A stretch of DNA of 15,193 bases, counting the filler, from an uncultured virus (IMG/VR IMGVR_UViG_2049941000_000100) (taxonomy: Duplodnaviria > Heunggongvirae > Uroviricota > Caudoviricetes). It is 4 parts of one record of this genome, joined end to end, with 100 filler letters (N's around TTAATTAATTAA, not from the genome) between each part and the next. Parts side by side here need not be neighbours in the genome. Positions count along the whole stretch, not along the records: positions 1 to 1,178 come from IMGVR_UViG_2049941000_000100; positions 1,279 to 10,587 come from IMGVR_UViG_2049941000_000100; 2 more parts are not named here. The stretch is one strand, 5' to 3'. This document shows positions 1 through 8,248 of the stretch, in pieces; the stretch's first letter is position 1; every line of letters begins with the position of its first letter. A program made the translations under genes and the position numbers. Under the pieces are notes generated by a model. That model was not told where the DNA came from, ran no database searches, and worked only from the letters and a program-made list of their open reading frames with translations.

Positions 1-1178
1 GGTGGAACTGTAACCATTGAATACGTAGAATGTTAGCCAAATGAAGTATGGAATAGTTCTACTTAGTATTATATAGAGAATGATAAAGATTTAATTCTTG
101 AAACTATTTCTAATTTCTTTACAGATGTAAATGGTTCTGATTTGGTTATATATGGTAAAGTTTTTGAAGAGGATGGAATAACTTATTTAAACATAGAAAA
201 ATACATTTCTGTTAAAAATGGTTTATCAAGTGATATGTTAGATTTTAATATTAATGCCGGTAATTTTAATGCAGCTATATAGAATACTGGGTTATTATTT
301 AATGCTAACGGTTTAACAGTAACCAACGGTGGTTTTACTATTCAAACTAAAGATGGAGATAATCCTGCCGTTGATGTATTTAAAATAGTACAAAATGAAG
401 TTGGTGGAATCATTAATAATTCCTTATATTTAAATGGAACTGGCAGATTTACTGGAGATATTTATGCAGATAATGGATATTTTAATGGTGAAATAAATTC
501 TAAGATTGGTACTATTGGTGGTTTCGATATAAGTGAACATGCCATTACTTCAAGTGGTCTAGAATTACATTCAAGTTATAATGAATTAAGTTTAATTCCT
601 ACGCAAGATATAGCTAGGTTAGAAAATAAAAAGTATTATACTATTTTCAAAAATAAACAATATGAATATGATGGAAATGTTTTTGAAAAGGATAATATTA
701 ATAAATATATCGCAATTCCATAGTTAACTCCTGAGTATTTTTCTACGCATCGAACTGATTTTTATACATATGATGATGTTAATGATAGATATGAGTCTTG
801 CCCAGAATATATTGAAGTTTAGATTTCTGAATCTACTTTTAATAATAATAAAACTAATTATTATACTAAAGNNNNNNNNNNATAGTTTAGAGTTGCATAG
901 CATAGTGATTGGCCAACAACTCTATATGTCTATACTATGATTTATGACGGAATAATTGAAAATTATTCTTCATATATTGAAGTAGAAAATATAAAAATTG
1001 GTGAGGGGGCAGAAGTAAAGGGTTCTATTAAAATTGGAAATTTAAGTTTACTTAATCCAAATAGCCATAATGGAGATGTTTAGACCTTAAGAAAATATGA
1101 ACCTGTTTCAATAGACGCAGATAAATTTAATGAAGATAAAACTATTTATTATACTTTAGATGAAAATGGTTAGTTTAT
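1..1178 (+). CDS. Internal fragment of a large phage tail fibre/spike protein, TAG-recoded (partial at both ends; 10-N gap at 872-881)
   Basis: Frame +1 has no TAA/TGA over about 390 codons. Only TAG interrupts it (34, 64, 280, 721, 820, 883, 898, 1081, 1171). Translation has spike-like Gly/aromatic strands (LYLNGTGRFTGDIYADNGYFNGEINSKIGTIGGFDI) and Tyr-rich repeats shared with 10777-10832 and 14783-14914. Confidence 0.85.
19..78 (+). repeat. 20-codon protein repeat, also found at 14855-14914
   Basis: EYVEC*PNEVWNSST*YYIE versus EYVRC*ANEPWNSFT*YYIE: 16/20 identical, both TAG codons at equivalent positions. Confidence 0.9.
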
Positions 1179-1278
1179 NNNNNNNNNNNNNNNNNNNNNN
1201 NNNNNNNNNNNNNNNNNNNNNNTTAATTAATTAANNNNNNNNNNNNNNNNNNNNNNNNNNNNNNNNNNNNNNNNNNNN
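1179..1278. other. Artificial contig-joining linker
   Basis: Exactly N44-TTAATTAATTAA-N44 (stops in all six frames); the same structure recurs at 10588-10687 and 13696-13795. Confidence 0.97.
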
Positions 1279-1279
1279 A

Positions 1280-1384
1280 GCGGTTGCAGGTAATATAGTA
1301 GCTTATAAAAATGCTAGCATTAATAAAAAGGAATAGATTGAAAATATGAGTGTGAAAATGAAAAGTTCTTTCTTCTTCTCTTAA
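1280..1384 (+). CDS. Possible 3' end of an upstream gene of unknown function
   Basis: Frame +2 reads AVAGNIVAYKNASINKKE*IENMSVKMKSSFFFS, with TAG at 1334 and TAA at 1382-1384 just before the -35 box. Too short to be sure. Confidence 0.3.
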
Positions 1385-1387
1385 AAT

Positions 1388-1416
1388 TTGCAATCTCCGT
1401 AAAATTGTGGTATAAT
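1388..1416 (+). promoter_or_regulatory. Sigma70/sigmaA-type promoter with extended -10
   Basis: TTGCAA (1388-1393), 17-nt spacer, TGTGG-TATAAT (-10 at 1411-1416), then SD AAGGAG (1435-1440) and ATG at 1447. Confidence 0.85.
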
Positions 1417-1446
1417 TAATATAGAAAATGAAATAAGGAGATTTCT

Positions 1447-1683
1447 ATGGGAAATTATTACTACGATGACCCTGCCCAAGTAAAATATTTTTACGATGGC
1501 GAATATCACGGTGCTATTGCGTTTCGAGACGTTCTTATCGACGGAAAGACAGGTCAAGCTTATAATATTAGTGAGCTCCTGCAAAGTATTTATAAAGAAT
1601 ATGGTATTGAACCCGAACGCGCGTTAGTAGAGTATGAATGGGTTAATTTGAGCGAGGTAATTATTTATGGAGAAGTCGCTTAA
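1447..1683 (+). CDS. Hypothetical acidic protein, 78 aa
   Basis: ORF track; strong SD, directly downstream of the promoter, TAA stop, no TAG. Confidence 0.85.
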   Translation: MGNYYYDDPAQVKYFYDGEYHGAIAFRDVLIDGKTGQAYNISELLQSIYKEYGIEPERALVEYEWVNLSEVIIYGEVA

Positions 1684-1828
1684 GAAATCAAGTAAGTGCG
1701 AAAAATGCGGGAAGCCGATTGATAGGTCGGGAGAAGAGCTTATAGAGTACAATAAAAGAAGTATTCTTCATTTTATAGAGTGTAAAGAATGTGGGCATAT
1801 GAATTTAGTTTATAAAGAGAATAGATAA
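1667..1828 (+). CDS. Small zinc-ribbon protein, 53 aa
   Basis: SD GAGGT at 1654-1658. MEKSLKKSSKCEKCGKPIDRSGEELIEYNKRSILHFIECKECGHMNLVYKENR has two CxxCG pairs; TAA stop. Confidence 0.8.
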   Translation: MEKSLKKSSKCEKCGKPIDRSGEELIEYNKRSILHFIECKECGHMNLVYKENR

Positions 1829-1858
1829 AAATTAGTCAAGGCTGAGGTNNNNNNNNNN

Positions 1859-2743
1859 GTTTATATGCACATTAATAAAATAAATAATAAAAAATACATT
1901 GGCTTTACTGGATACTCTTTAGATGAAAGATGGAAAAATGGAAAGGGTTATAGTAAAGATACTCCTTTTGGCTAGGCAATTGAAAAATATGGGTGGGATA
2001 ATTTTGACCATTAGATTTTGTTTTCAAATTTAACTTTAGACGAAGCCGCAAGAAAAGAACAAGATTTAATTGATGAATATCATACTTATTTAGACGACCC
2101 ATTATGTTGGGGTTATAATGCCACGAGAGGAGGAGAAGGACGTAGTAAAGTAAGGCACGAAGAAGTAACTTCTTTATGGGAATAGGGATATTCAACAAAA
2201 CAAATTGGATAGAAATTAGGTGTTGATAGAAATACTGCCGGAAGAATATTATAGAATTATGGAAATTATTCTATAAAAGAAAGCGTAGAAAGAGGATATG
2301 AGCAAAGAATTGTTACAAATTCTCGTCCAGTTTCTCAATACGATTTAAATGGAAATTTTATAGCTACTTATCTTAGTATGAGTGATGCTTATGAAGCAAT
2401 TCATGGTTATAGAGATACAGAGCCAGATGGCACAAGACATTCAAATACTATTGGCTGTGCATGCCGAGAAGGGATAAAGGCATACGGTTTTCAATGGACT
2501 TACAAAGACGCTCCTCCTCCCGGGCCTTATCGTAAAGAAAAAAATTACCATGATGGGAAAGCGGTTGATTAGTATAATCTAGATGGCACTTTTGTAAAGA
2601 CCTATTAGAGTGCATCCGAAGCAGCAAGACAGTTAGGATTAAAAAGTCCTGGTGGGATATCTGATGTTTGTCGAAAACATAAAGGTACTTCAGCAAAATA
2701 TTTATGGAAGTTTCATAACGAAAAAGAGTGGTGGATAAAATGA
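1859..2743 (+). CDS. GIY-YIG homing endonuclease with HTH and two NUMOD1-type DNA-binding repeats, TAG-recoded (first residues lost in the gap)
   Basis: Frame +2: VYMHINKINNKKYIGFT...AIEKYGWDNF...KEQDLI...GYNATRGGEG (GIY-YIG core), GYSTKQIG*KLGVDRNTAGRIL (HTH), PVSQYDLNGNFIATYLS and AVD*YNLDGTFVKTY*SASEAARQLG (NUMOD1-like). TAG at 1973, 2012, 2183, 2210, 2252, 2570, 2606. Ends in TGA overlapping the next ATG (ATGA, 2740-2743). Confidence 0.92.
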
Positions 2744-3477
2744 GTAAGAAATACTTCGTAACAAGTGACGTTCATGGATTTTATAAAGAACTTATGAAGG
2801 CTCTTGAGGGCGCCGGCTACGATAAAAATAATAAAGACCATGTGTTTGTGAGTTGCGGAGACCTTTTTGATAGAGGTCCAGACGCGCGCGAAGTACTCCG
2901 ATTTGTAAATTCTATTCCAGACGAGAGAAAAATTCTTATTAGGGGTAACCATGAGGTTCTTATGAAAGAAATGATATTGAACTTGAGTGATTATCCGCGA
3001 ACTCACGATATTCGTAATGGTACTTGGAATAGCGCAATAGATATTACGAGAGCCGATTACGTAGAAGTTATGCGCGCGATGAGGAAGAATAATGAGTGGT
3101 GGAAGTACTATAATAGTTGCGTTAACTATGCGGAAGTAGGTAATTATATTTTCGTCCATGGGTGGTTGCCTATTAATTCTACTCCGAATGGCCCCGTTGT
3201 AAGAAATGACTGGCGTAAATTGGATGATAAGGATTGGGAAGAGGCTAGTTGGTTGAACGGTATGGCTATGTGGACATATGGCGCGCGTATTAAAGATAAG
3301 ACTATTGTATGCGGTCATTGGAACGTAAGTTGGGGTTGGAAGAATATTCGTAGAGCTTGTAAGGATGGATATAAGGGAGATGCCATTCACGATAGCTTTA
3401 TTGATGAGGGTATTGTCGCACTGGATGCGTGTACGGTAGTTAGTAGGAAAATTAACTGTTATACTTTTGAGGAATAA
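2740..3477 (+). CDS. Calcineurin-like metallophosphoesterase
   Basis: Motifs SDVHG, GDLFDRG, RGNHE, FVHG and CGHW in the canonical order. Start placed at ATG 2740 (ATGA overlap); TAA stop. Confidence 0.93.
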   Translation: MSKKYFVTSDVHGFYKELMKALEGAGYDKNNKDHVFVSCGDLFDRGPDAREVLRFVNSIPDERKILIRGNHEVLMKEMILNLSDYPRTHDIRNGTWNSAIDITRADYVEVMRAMRKNNEWWKYYNSCVNYAEVGNYIFVHGWLPINSTPNGPVVRNDWRKLDDKDWEEASWLNGMAMWTYGARIKDKTIVCGHWNVSWGWKNIRRACKDGYKGDAIHDSFIDEGIVALDACTVVSRKINCYTFEE

Positions 3478-3481
3478 ATAC

Positions 3482-3586
3482 ATGAAACCTATTTTTGAAG
3501 GATTTTTGGATGGGTTACAGATAGCATTTACTATATTCTGTATTCTTTGTCTTATTGGAATTCTATTTAGTTTATTTAGTTGTTAA
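3482..3586 (+). CDS. Small single-helix membrane protein, 34 aa
   Basis: SD GAGG upstream; MKPIFEGFLDGLQIAFTIFCILCLIGILFSLFSC has a hydrophobic C-terminal half; fills the intergenic space tightly. Confidence 0.65.
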   Translation: MKPIFEGFLDGLQIAFTIFCILCLIGILFSLFSC

Positions 3587-3595
3587 GAGGCGCAT

Positions 3596-3739
3596 ATGGA
3601 AATTGAAACTTATAATGTTTATATTAGTAATGACTGTGTAGCTAGAGATATGTCTTTAGATACTGCAATAATTTTGGTTAGAGGACTATTTCATAACTAT
3701 TATAATGAACCGATGCCTTCGATTCGTATTGAACGTTAA
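3596..3739 (+). CDS. Hypothetical protein, 47 aa
   Basis: SD GAGG at 3587-3590; MEIETYNVYISNDCVARDMSLDTAIILVRGLFHNYYNEPMPSIRIER; TAA stop. Confidence 0.7.
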   Translation: MEIETYNVYISNDCVARDMSLDTAIILVRGLFHNYYNEPMPSIRIER

Positions 3740-3793
3740 TGGAGAGAGCCTACTGAAGAAGAAATTAAAGCTTGGGAGTAAAGGAGACTATTT

Positions 3794-4653
3794 ATGTTAA
3801 ATTCTAGTACAGGTGAGCGCGAGCTCGCTTATGTAGTTCTTATTGATGAAATCATGCCCATTGAAGGGTATGACCGTGTAGAACTCGCGCGCGTCGGCGG
3901 TTGGCATGTAATCGTCCAGAAGGGACAGTTCACAGTTGGTGACCCTGCAATTTATTTTGAGGTAGATAGCAAGGTTCCTTCTGACCGCGAGTGCTTTGCT
4001 TTCCTTGCAAAGCGTAAGTATAAGATTAAGACCATTAAGATGTGCGGGGTTATTTCTCAGGGCTTGCTTATGCACGCCGAAGATTTCGGTTGGAAAATTG
4101 AATCTGCACAATTTTGTGGTGGAGTTTGTTATATTGTTGATGACGAGGGCAAACAACATTTTGGTTGTGATGAAACTCGTTTTCTTACCAAGAAGCTCGG
4201 TGTAACCCATATCGAAGACGAGGAAAATAAACCCACCCCAAGAGTAGATAAATATAAGGCTATGGCGCAGCGTCGGCCCAATATTTTTAAACAAAAGTGG
4301 GCGCGTTGGTTTATGAGACGAGAATGGGGTCGTAAGATTATGTATTTCTTCTTTGGACAAAAGAAGAAGAAATCTTCTGAGACTGCATTTCCTACTAAGT
4401 TTCCTTATGTACATAAAAGTGATGAGGAACGAATTGAGAATATGCCATTTCTTCTTAAGGATAAACAACCTTGGATTAAAACTCAGAAGATTGACGGTAC
4501 AAGTAGTACGTATATTCTTGCGCGCGGGCGCTTTGGGAAACTTGAAAAGTATGTGTGTTCAAGAAACGTGCGCCAGTTGACTCCTTCTCAAAAGACTTAT
4601 CATAAAGATATTGAAGAAAATGTATATTGGATGATGATATTTTAGCCGCAGGT
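3794..4653 (+). CDS. ATP-dependent RNA ligase, DRB0094-like family, copy 1 (3' truncated at the gap)
   Basis: SD AAGGAG. N-terminal RELAYVVLIDEIMPIEGYDRVELARVGGWHVIVQKGQF..GD.AIYFEVDS and GVISQGLLM; motif I KIDGTS; motif Ia VCSRN. The ORF-track stop at 4643 is a TAG 8 nt before an N gap, so probably not the true end. Confidence 0.88.
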
Positions 4654-4665
4654 NNNNNNNNNNGG

Positions 4666-4785
4666 GACACTAAAGTGACTCATGATTGTACAGATTGTAG
4701 CTATCAATATTGTGATTGGCTTGTATCAGATGAGTACGCGCGCCATGTGGCAGAACTTATTATTGACGCATTAGAAAAGGAGTAA
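4666..4785 (+). CDS. 3' end of a hypothetical Cys-containing protein
   Basis: DTKVTHDCTDCSYQYCDWLVSDEYARHVAELIIDALEKE then TAA; its last codons contain the SD (AAGGAG) of the next gene. Confidence 0.6.
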   Translation, partial: DTKVTHDCTDCSYQYCDWLVSDEYARHVAELIIDALEKE

Positions 4786-4788
4786 TTT

Positions 4789-5300
4789 ATGTTAAATCCC
4801 AATACAAATGAAAGAGAACTTGCTTATGTAGTTCTTATTGATGAAATTATGCCTATTGAAGGGTATGACCGTGTTGAACTCGCGCGAGTTGGCGGTTGGC
4901 ATGTGATTGTGCAAAAGGGGCAGTTTAAAGTTGGCGACCCAGCAATTTACTTTGAGGTAGACAGTAAGGTTCCTTCTGACCGCGAGTGTTTTGCTTTCCT
5001 TGCAAAGCGCAAGTATAAGATTAAGACCCTTCGTATGTGTGGAGTTATTTCTCAGGGTTTGCTTATGCATCCATCTGATTTTGGTTGGCACGTAAATCTT
5101 CAAGGTGAGATTGATGATGGTGAGATGACTCATACTCCCATAGATGAAACCCGTTTTCTTACTAAGAAGCTCGGTGTAACTCATATTGAGGATGAAGATA
5201 ATAAGCCTGCGCAGAAAGTAGATAAGTATAAGGCTATGGCGCAGCGTCGACCCAATATTTTTAAACAAAAGTGGGCGCGTTGGTTTATGAGACGAGAATG
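4789..5300 (+). CDS. RNA ligase, DRB0094-like family, copy 2 (5' part only; runs into a 997-N gap)
   Basis: Near-identical protein to the first part of 3794-4653, with many synonymous changes and a different central loop. Confidence 0.88.
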
Positions 5301-6304
5301 NNNNNNNNNNNNNNNNNNNNNNNNNNNNNNNNNNNNNNNNNNNNNNNNNNNNNNNNNNNNNNNNNNNNNNNNNNNNNNNNNNNNNNNNNNNNNNNNNNNN
5401 NNNNNNNNNNNNNNNNNNNNNNNNNNNNNNNNNNNNNNNNNNNNNNNNNNNNNNNNNNNNNNNNNNNNNNNNNNNNNNNNNNNNNNNNNNNNNNNNNNNN
5501 NNNNNNNNNNNNNNNNNNNNNNNNNNNNNNNNNNNNNNNNNNNNNNNNNNNNNNNNNNNNNNNNNNNNNNNNNNNNNNNNNNNNNNNNNNNNNNNNNNNN
5601 NNNNNNNNNNNNNNNNNNNNNNNNNNNNNNNNNNNNNNNNNNNNNNNNNNNNNNNNNNNNNNNNNNNNNNNNNNNNNNNNNNNNNNNNNNNNNNNNNNNN
5701 NNNNNNNNNNNNNNNNNNNNNNNNNNNNNNNNNNNNNNNNNNNNNNNNNNNNNNNNNNNNNNNNNNNNNNNNNNNNNNNNNNNNNNNNNNNNNNNNNNNN
5801 NNNNNNNNNNNNNNNNNNNNNNNNNNNNNNNNNNNNNNNNNNNNNNNNNNNNNNNNNNNNNNNNNNNNNNNNNNNNNNNNNNNNNNNNNNNNNNNNNNNN
5901 NNNNNNNNNNNNNNNNNNNNNNNNNNNNNNNNNNNNNNNNNNNNNNNNNNNNNNNNNNNNNNNNNNNNNNNNNNNNNNNNNNNNNNNNNNNNNNNNNNNN
6001 NNNNNNNNNNNNNNNNNNNNNNNNNNNNNNNNNNNNNNNNNNNNNNNNNNNNNNNNNNNNNNNNNNNNNNNNNNNNNNNNNNNNNNNNNNNNNNNNNNNN
6101 NNNNNNNNNNNNNNNNNNNNNNNNNNNNNNNNNNNNNNNNNNNNNNNNNNNNNNNNNNNNNNNNNNNNNNNNNNNNNNNNNNNNNNNNNNNNNNNNNNNN
6201 NNNNNNNNNNNNNNNNNNNNNNNNNNNNNNNNNNNNNNNNNNNNNNNNNNNNNNNNNNNNNNNNNNNNNNNNNNNNNNNNNNNNNNNNNNNNNNNNAATC
6301 TAAT

Positions 6305-6565
6305 ATGAAGAAAATTTTTATTGCAGATGTTCAATGGTGGAATGAATTTGACGAGAAGGATGTAACCGAAACTGTTCTTGTTCAGGCTAATAGCTTCATT
6401 GATGCTATGGAGCAGATTGAAAATCAGTATAAAGATACCCTTGAGGAGATTCATTATTTTACGTGCGTTGGTAACGGCTATGTCGTGCATCTTGGAAGTC
6501 GTGAAGTTAATCGCGAAGAAGTGGATACGGTAGTTAGCTGCATTACTGAAAATAATTGTTTTTAA
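6305..6565 (+). CDS. Hypothetical acidic protein, 86 aa
   Basis: ORF track; protein-like composition, TAA stop, tight packing with the next gene. Confidence 0.8.
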   Translation: MKKIFIADVQWWNEFDEKDVTETVLVQANSFIDAMEQIENQYKDTLEEIHYFTCVGNGYVVHLGSREVNREEVDTVVSCITENNCF

Positions 6566-6576
6566 GGAAAACTAAA

Positions 6577-6828
6577 ATGACTATTTATATTGTTGAAAAT
6601 TATTATGATGAACCTTTTTATAGGGCTCATAAAACTATTGAAAGCGCGCGGCTTGGTCTTTTAGAAGAGTATACAAAGAGCTGTCTGCCGGAAATGATTG
6701 AAATTATTAAAGAAGGTAAAAGTGTTGCCGAAACCGCGGATAATATTAAGACCGACCTTGAGAATATTCTTGCGCATGGTTATGTTGAAGACTTCGCTAT
6801 TATCCATGAATGTGAATTAGAGGAGTAA
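6577..6828 (+). CDS. Hypothetical acidic protein, 83 aa
   Basis: ORF track frame; ATG 6577 preferred because of SD AAGGA at 6564-6568; TAA stop. Confidence 0.8.
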   Translation: MTIYIVENYYDEPFYRAHKTIESARLGLLEEYTKSCLPEMIEIIKEGKSVAETADNIKTDLENILAHGYVEDFAIIHECELEE

Positions 6829-6830
6829 TT

Positions 6831-7292
6831 ATGGTAGCTAAAACCTTTCAGAATCTGCCGCAGGTGGGTGAACCGTTTGAGAGCGGCGGCAAGATGTATG
6901 TAAATGTACAGGGTAAGAACGGTAATGTGCGACGGGTACGTTGGTACGAAGTTGATGAATATATTAAGATGTATCCTGATACACCGCGCGCGGAAATAGA
7001 CCCATATTATAAAACTAAGAAACGTACTCTTTTTGGTGATGGTGAGTATGTATGGATTTTTAAGCCAGTAACGCACGATTTAATGGAACTTTTGGAACAG
7101 AGTTCTCATGTAAGATTCCATACGTATTGGGGTTGGTACGCGCGTACAGATGTCCCTGATGAAATTTTGGATGCGCTTCATGAAAGATTTGTTATGCGCC
7201 AGCTCTATTGGGATGATATCGCGGTTGATGAAGAGACGTTGAAACCGCAAAAAGAAGTAGATAAAATAGTTAAAGGAGTTTTAGGAATCTAA
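6831..7292 (+). CDS. Hypothetical phage protein, 153 aa
   Basis: SD GAGGAG; TAA stop overlaps the next start (TAATG). Confidence 0.85.
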   Translation: MVAKTFQNLPQVGEPFESGGKMYVNVQGKNGNVRRVRWYEVDEYIKMYPDTPRAEIDPYYKTKKRTLFGDGEYVWIFKPVTHDLMELLEQSSHVRFHTYWGWYARTDVPDEILDALHERFVMRQLYWDDIAVDEETLKPQKEVDKIVKGVLGI

Positions 7293-8215
7293 TGTTCTTT
7301 CAGATGCTTGTGGGTATTAGTGGTAGTGGGAAAAGCACCTATGCCCATTATATGAAGAATACATTTTTAGAGCCAGTAGAAATTGTTTCTTCCGACTCTA
7401 TTCGTGAAGAACTTTATGGGGATGAATCTATCCAGGGTAACTCTAATAAAGTCTTCCGTATTATGCTCGCGCGCACTAAGCGGTACTTGAGTGAGGGTAA
7501 GTCGGTTATTTATGATGCTACGAATTTGAGCGATCGACGCCGTATAAATCTTTTAAAAGAGCTTAAAGGATATGATTGTGCGAAACTTTGCCATGTAATT
7601 ATCGTTGACCCGCGTATGTGTAGTGAGAATCAGAAGCTGCGCGAACGTCATGTAAGTGATGAAGTAATTTATCACCAGGTCCAGCAGTTTCGTCCACCAC
7701 ATTTGAGTGAAGGATGGGATGCAATTACTATGGATGTGTATGCACCAGAAGATGAAAAACGCTACCTGGCTCATCTTTATAAAATGACTCTTGAAGTTGA
7801 CCAGCATAACCCTCATCATTCTTTAACTATTGGGAAACATAATTACCAAGCTTATATAAATTCTATTCAATATTTTGATGATAAAGTTTCTGCGGCTGCG
7901 GCATGGCATGATTTCGGGAAACTTATGACTCAGACTTTTGATAGTAATAAGGTCGCGCATTATTATTCCCATGAAAATGTAAGTGCATATTATTATCTAC
8001 TTTTTGAAGCTGAAAGTATTAGTCTTAATACCGTTACGTGTTGCGATAAAGCTAACGATGGTAGGTATGATTATCTTGACGTAGCGTGGTTAATCGCGCA
8101 TCATATGGACTTTTATAAAGATGAAAAATATCTTAAAAAAGTTTATGAACGTGTTGGGTATGAATTGTTTAATAAACTTTATAAGCTTCACGATTGTGAT
8201 GAAAGGGCGCATTAA
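7292..8215 (+). CDS. Polynucleotide-kinase-like P-loop kinase fused to an HD phosphohydrolase
   Basis: Walker A GISGSGKST, SSDSIR and YDATN motifs typical of PNK/AAA_33 kinases. C-terminal HHSLTIGKH, WHDFGK, HYYSHENVSAY, HHM and final D match the HD-domain pattern. Confidence 0.9.
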   Translation: MFFQMLVGISGSGKSTYAHYMKNTFLEPVEIVSSDSIREELYGDESIQGNSNKVFRIMLARTKRYLSEGKSVIYDATNLSDRRRINLLKELKGYDCAKLCHVIIVDPRMCSENQKLRERHVSDEVIYHQVQQFRPPHLSEGWDAITMDVYAPEDEKRYLAHLYKMTLEVDQHNPHHSLTIGKHNYQAYINSIQYFDDKVSAAAAWHDFGKLMTQTFDSNKVAHYYSHENVSAYYYLLFEAESISLNTVTCCDKANDGRYDYLDVAWLIAHHMDFYKDEKYLKKVYERVGYELFNKLYKLHDCDERAH

Positions 8216-8248
8216 AAACGCCCTAATATTATATATAGGAGAAAATAA

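Noticed and set aside
1223..1234. TTAATTAATTAA palindrome occurring three times (also 10632-10643 and 13740-13751)
   Set aside because: Always centred in N44 flanks; a synthetic six-frame-stop linker, not a biological repeat. Adjacency across it means nothing.
1829..2743. Group I intron hosting the endonuclease
   Set aside because: The endonuclease stop overlaps the start of an intact gene, leaving no room for 3' intron core elements, so it looks free-standing. The upstream context is lost in a gap.
2713..3483. Long minus-strand ORFs (also 1381-1584, 1905-2198, 3797-4468, 4792-5268, 6780-7076, 7553-7819, 9792-10091, 14705-14920)
   Set aside because: Antisense shadows of well-supported + strand genes, with no recognisable motifs.
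3794..5300. Ligase duplicate as a diversity-generating retroelement TR/VR pair
   Set aside because: Differences are mostly synonymous and not adenine-specific, both copies have their own SD and start, and no reverse transcriptase is present.
5271..6490. ORFs spanning long N runs (also 9264-9698)
   Set aside because: Artefacts of translating through gaps.
8204..8224. Hairpin AGGGCG-N9-CGCCCT around the kinase-HD stop codon
   Set aside because: Only a 6-bp stem with no following U-tract; too weak to call a terminator.
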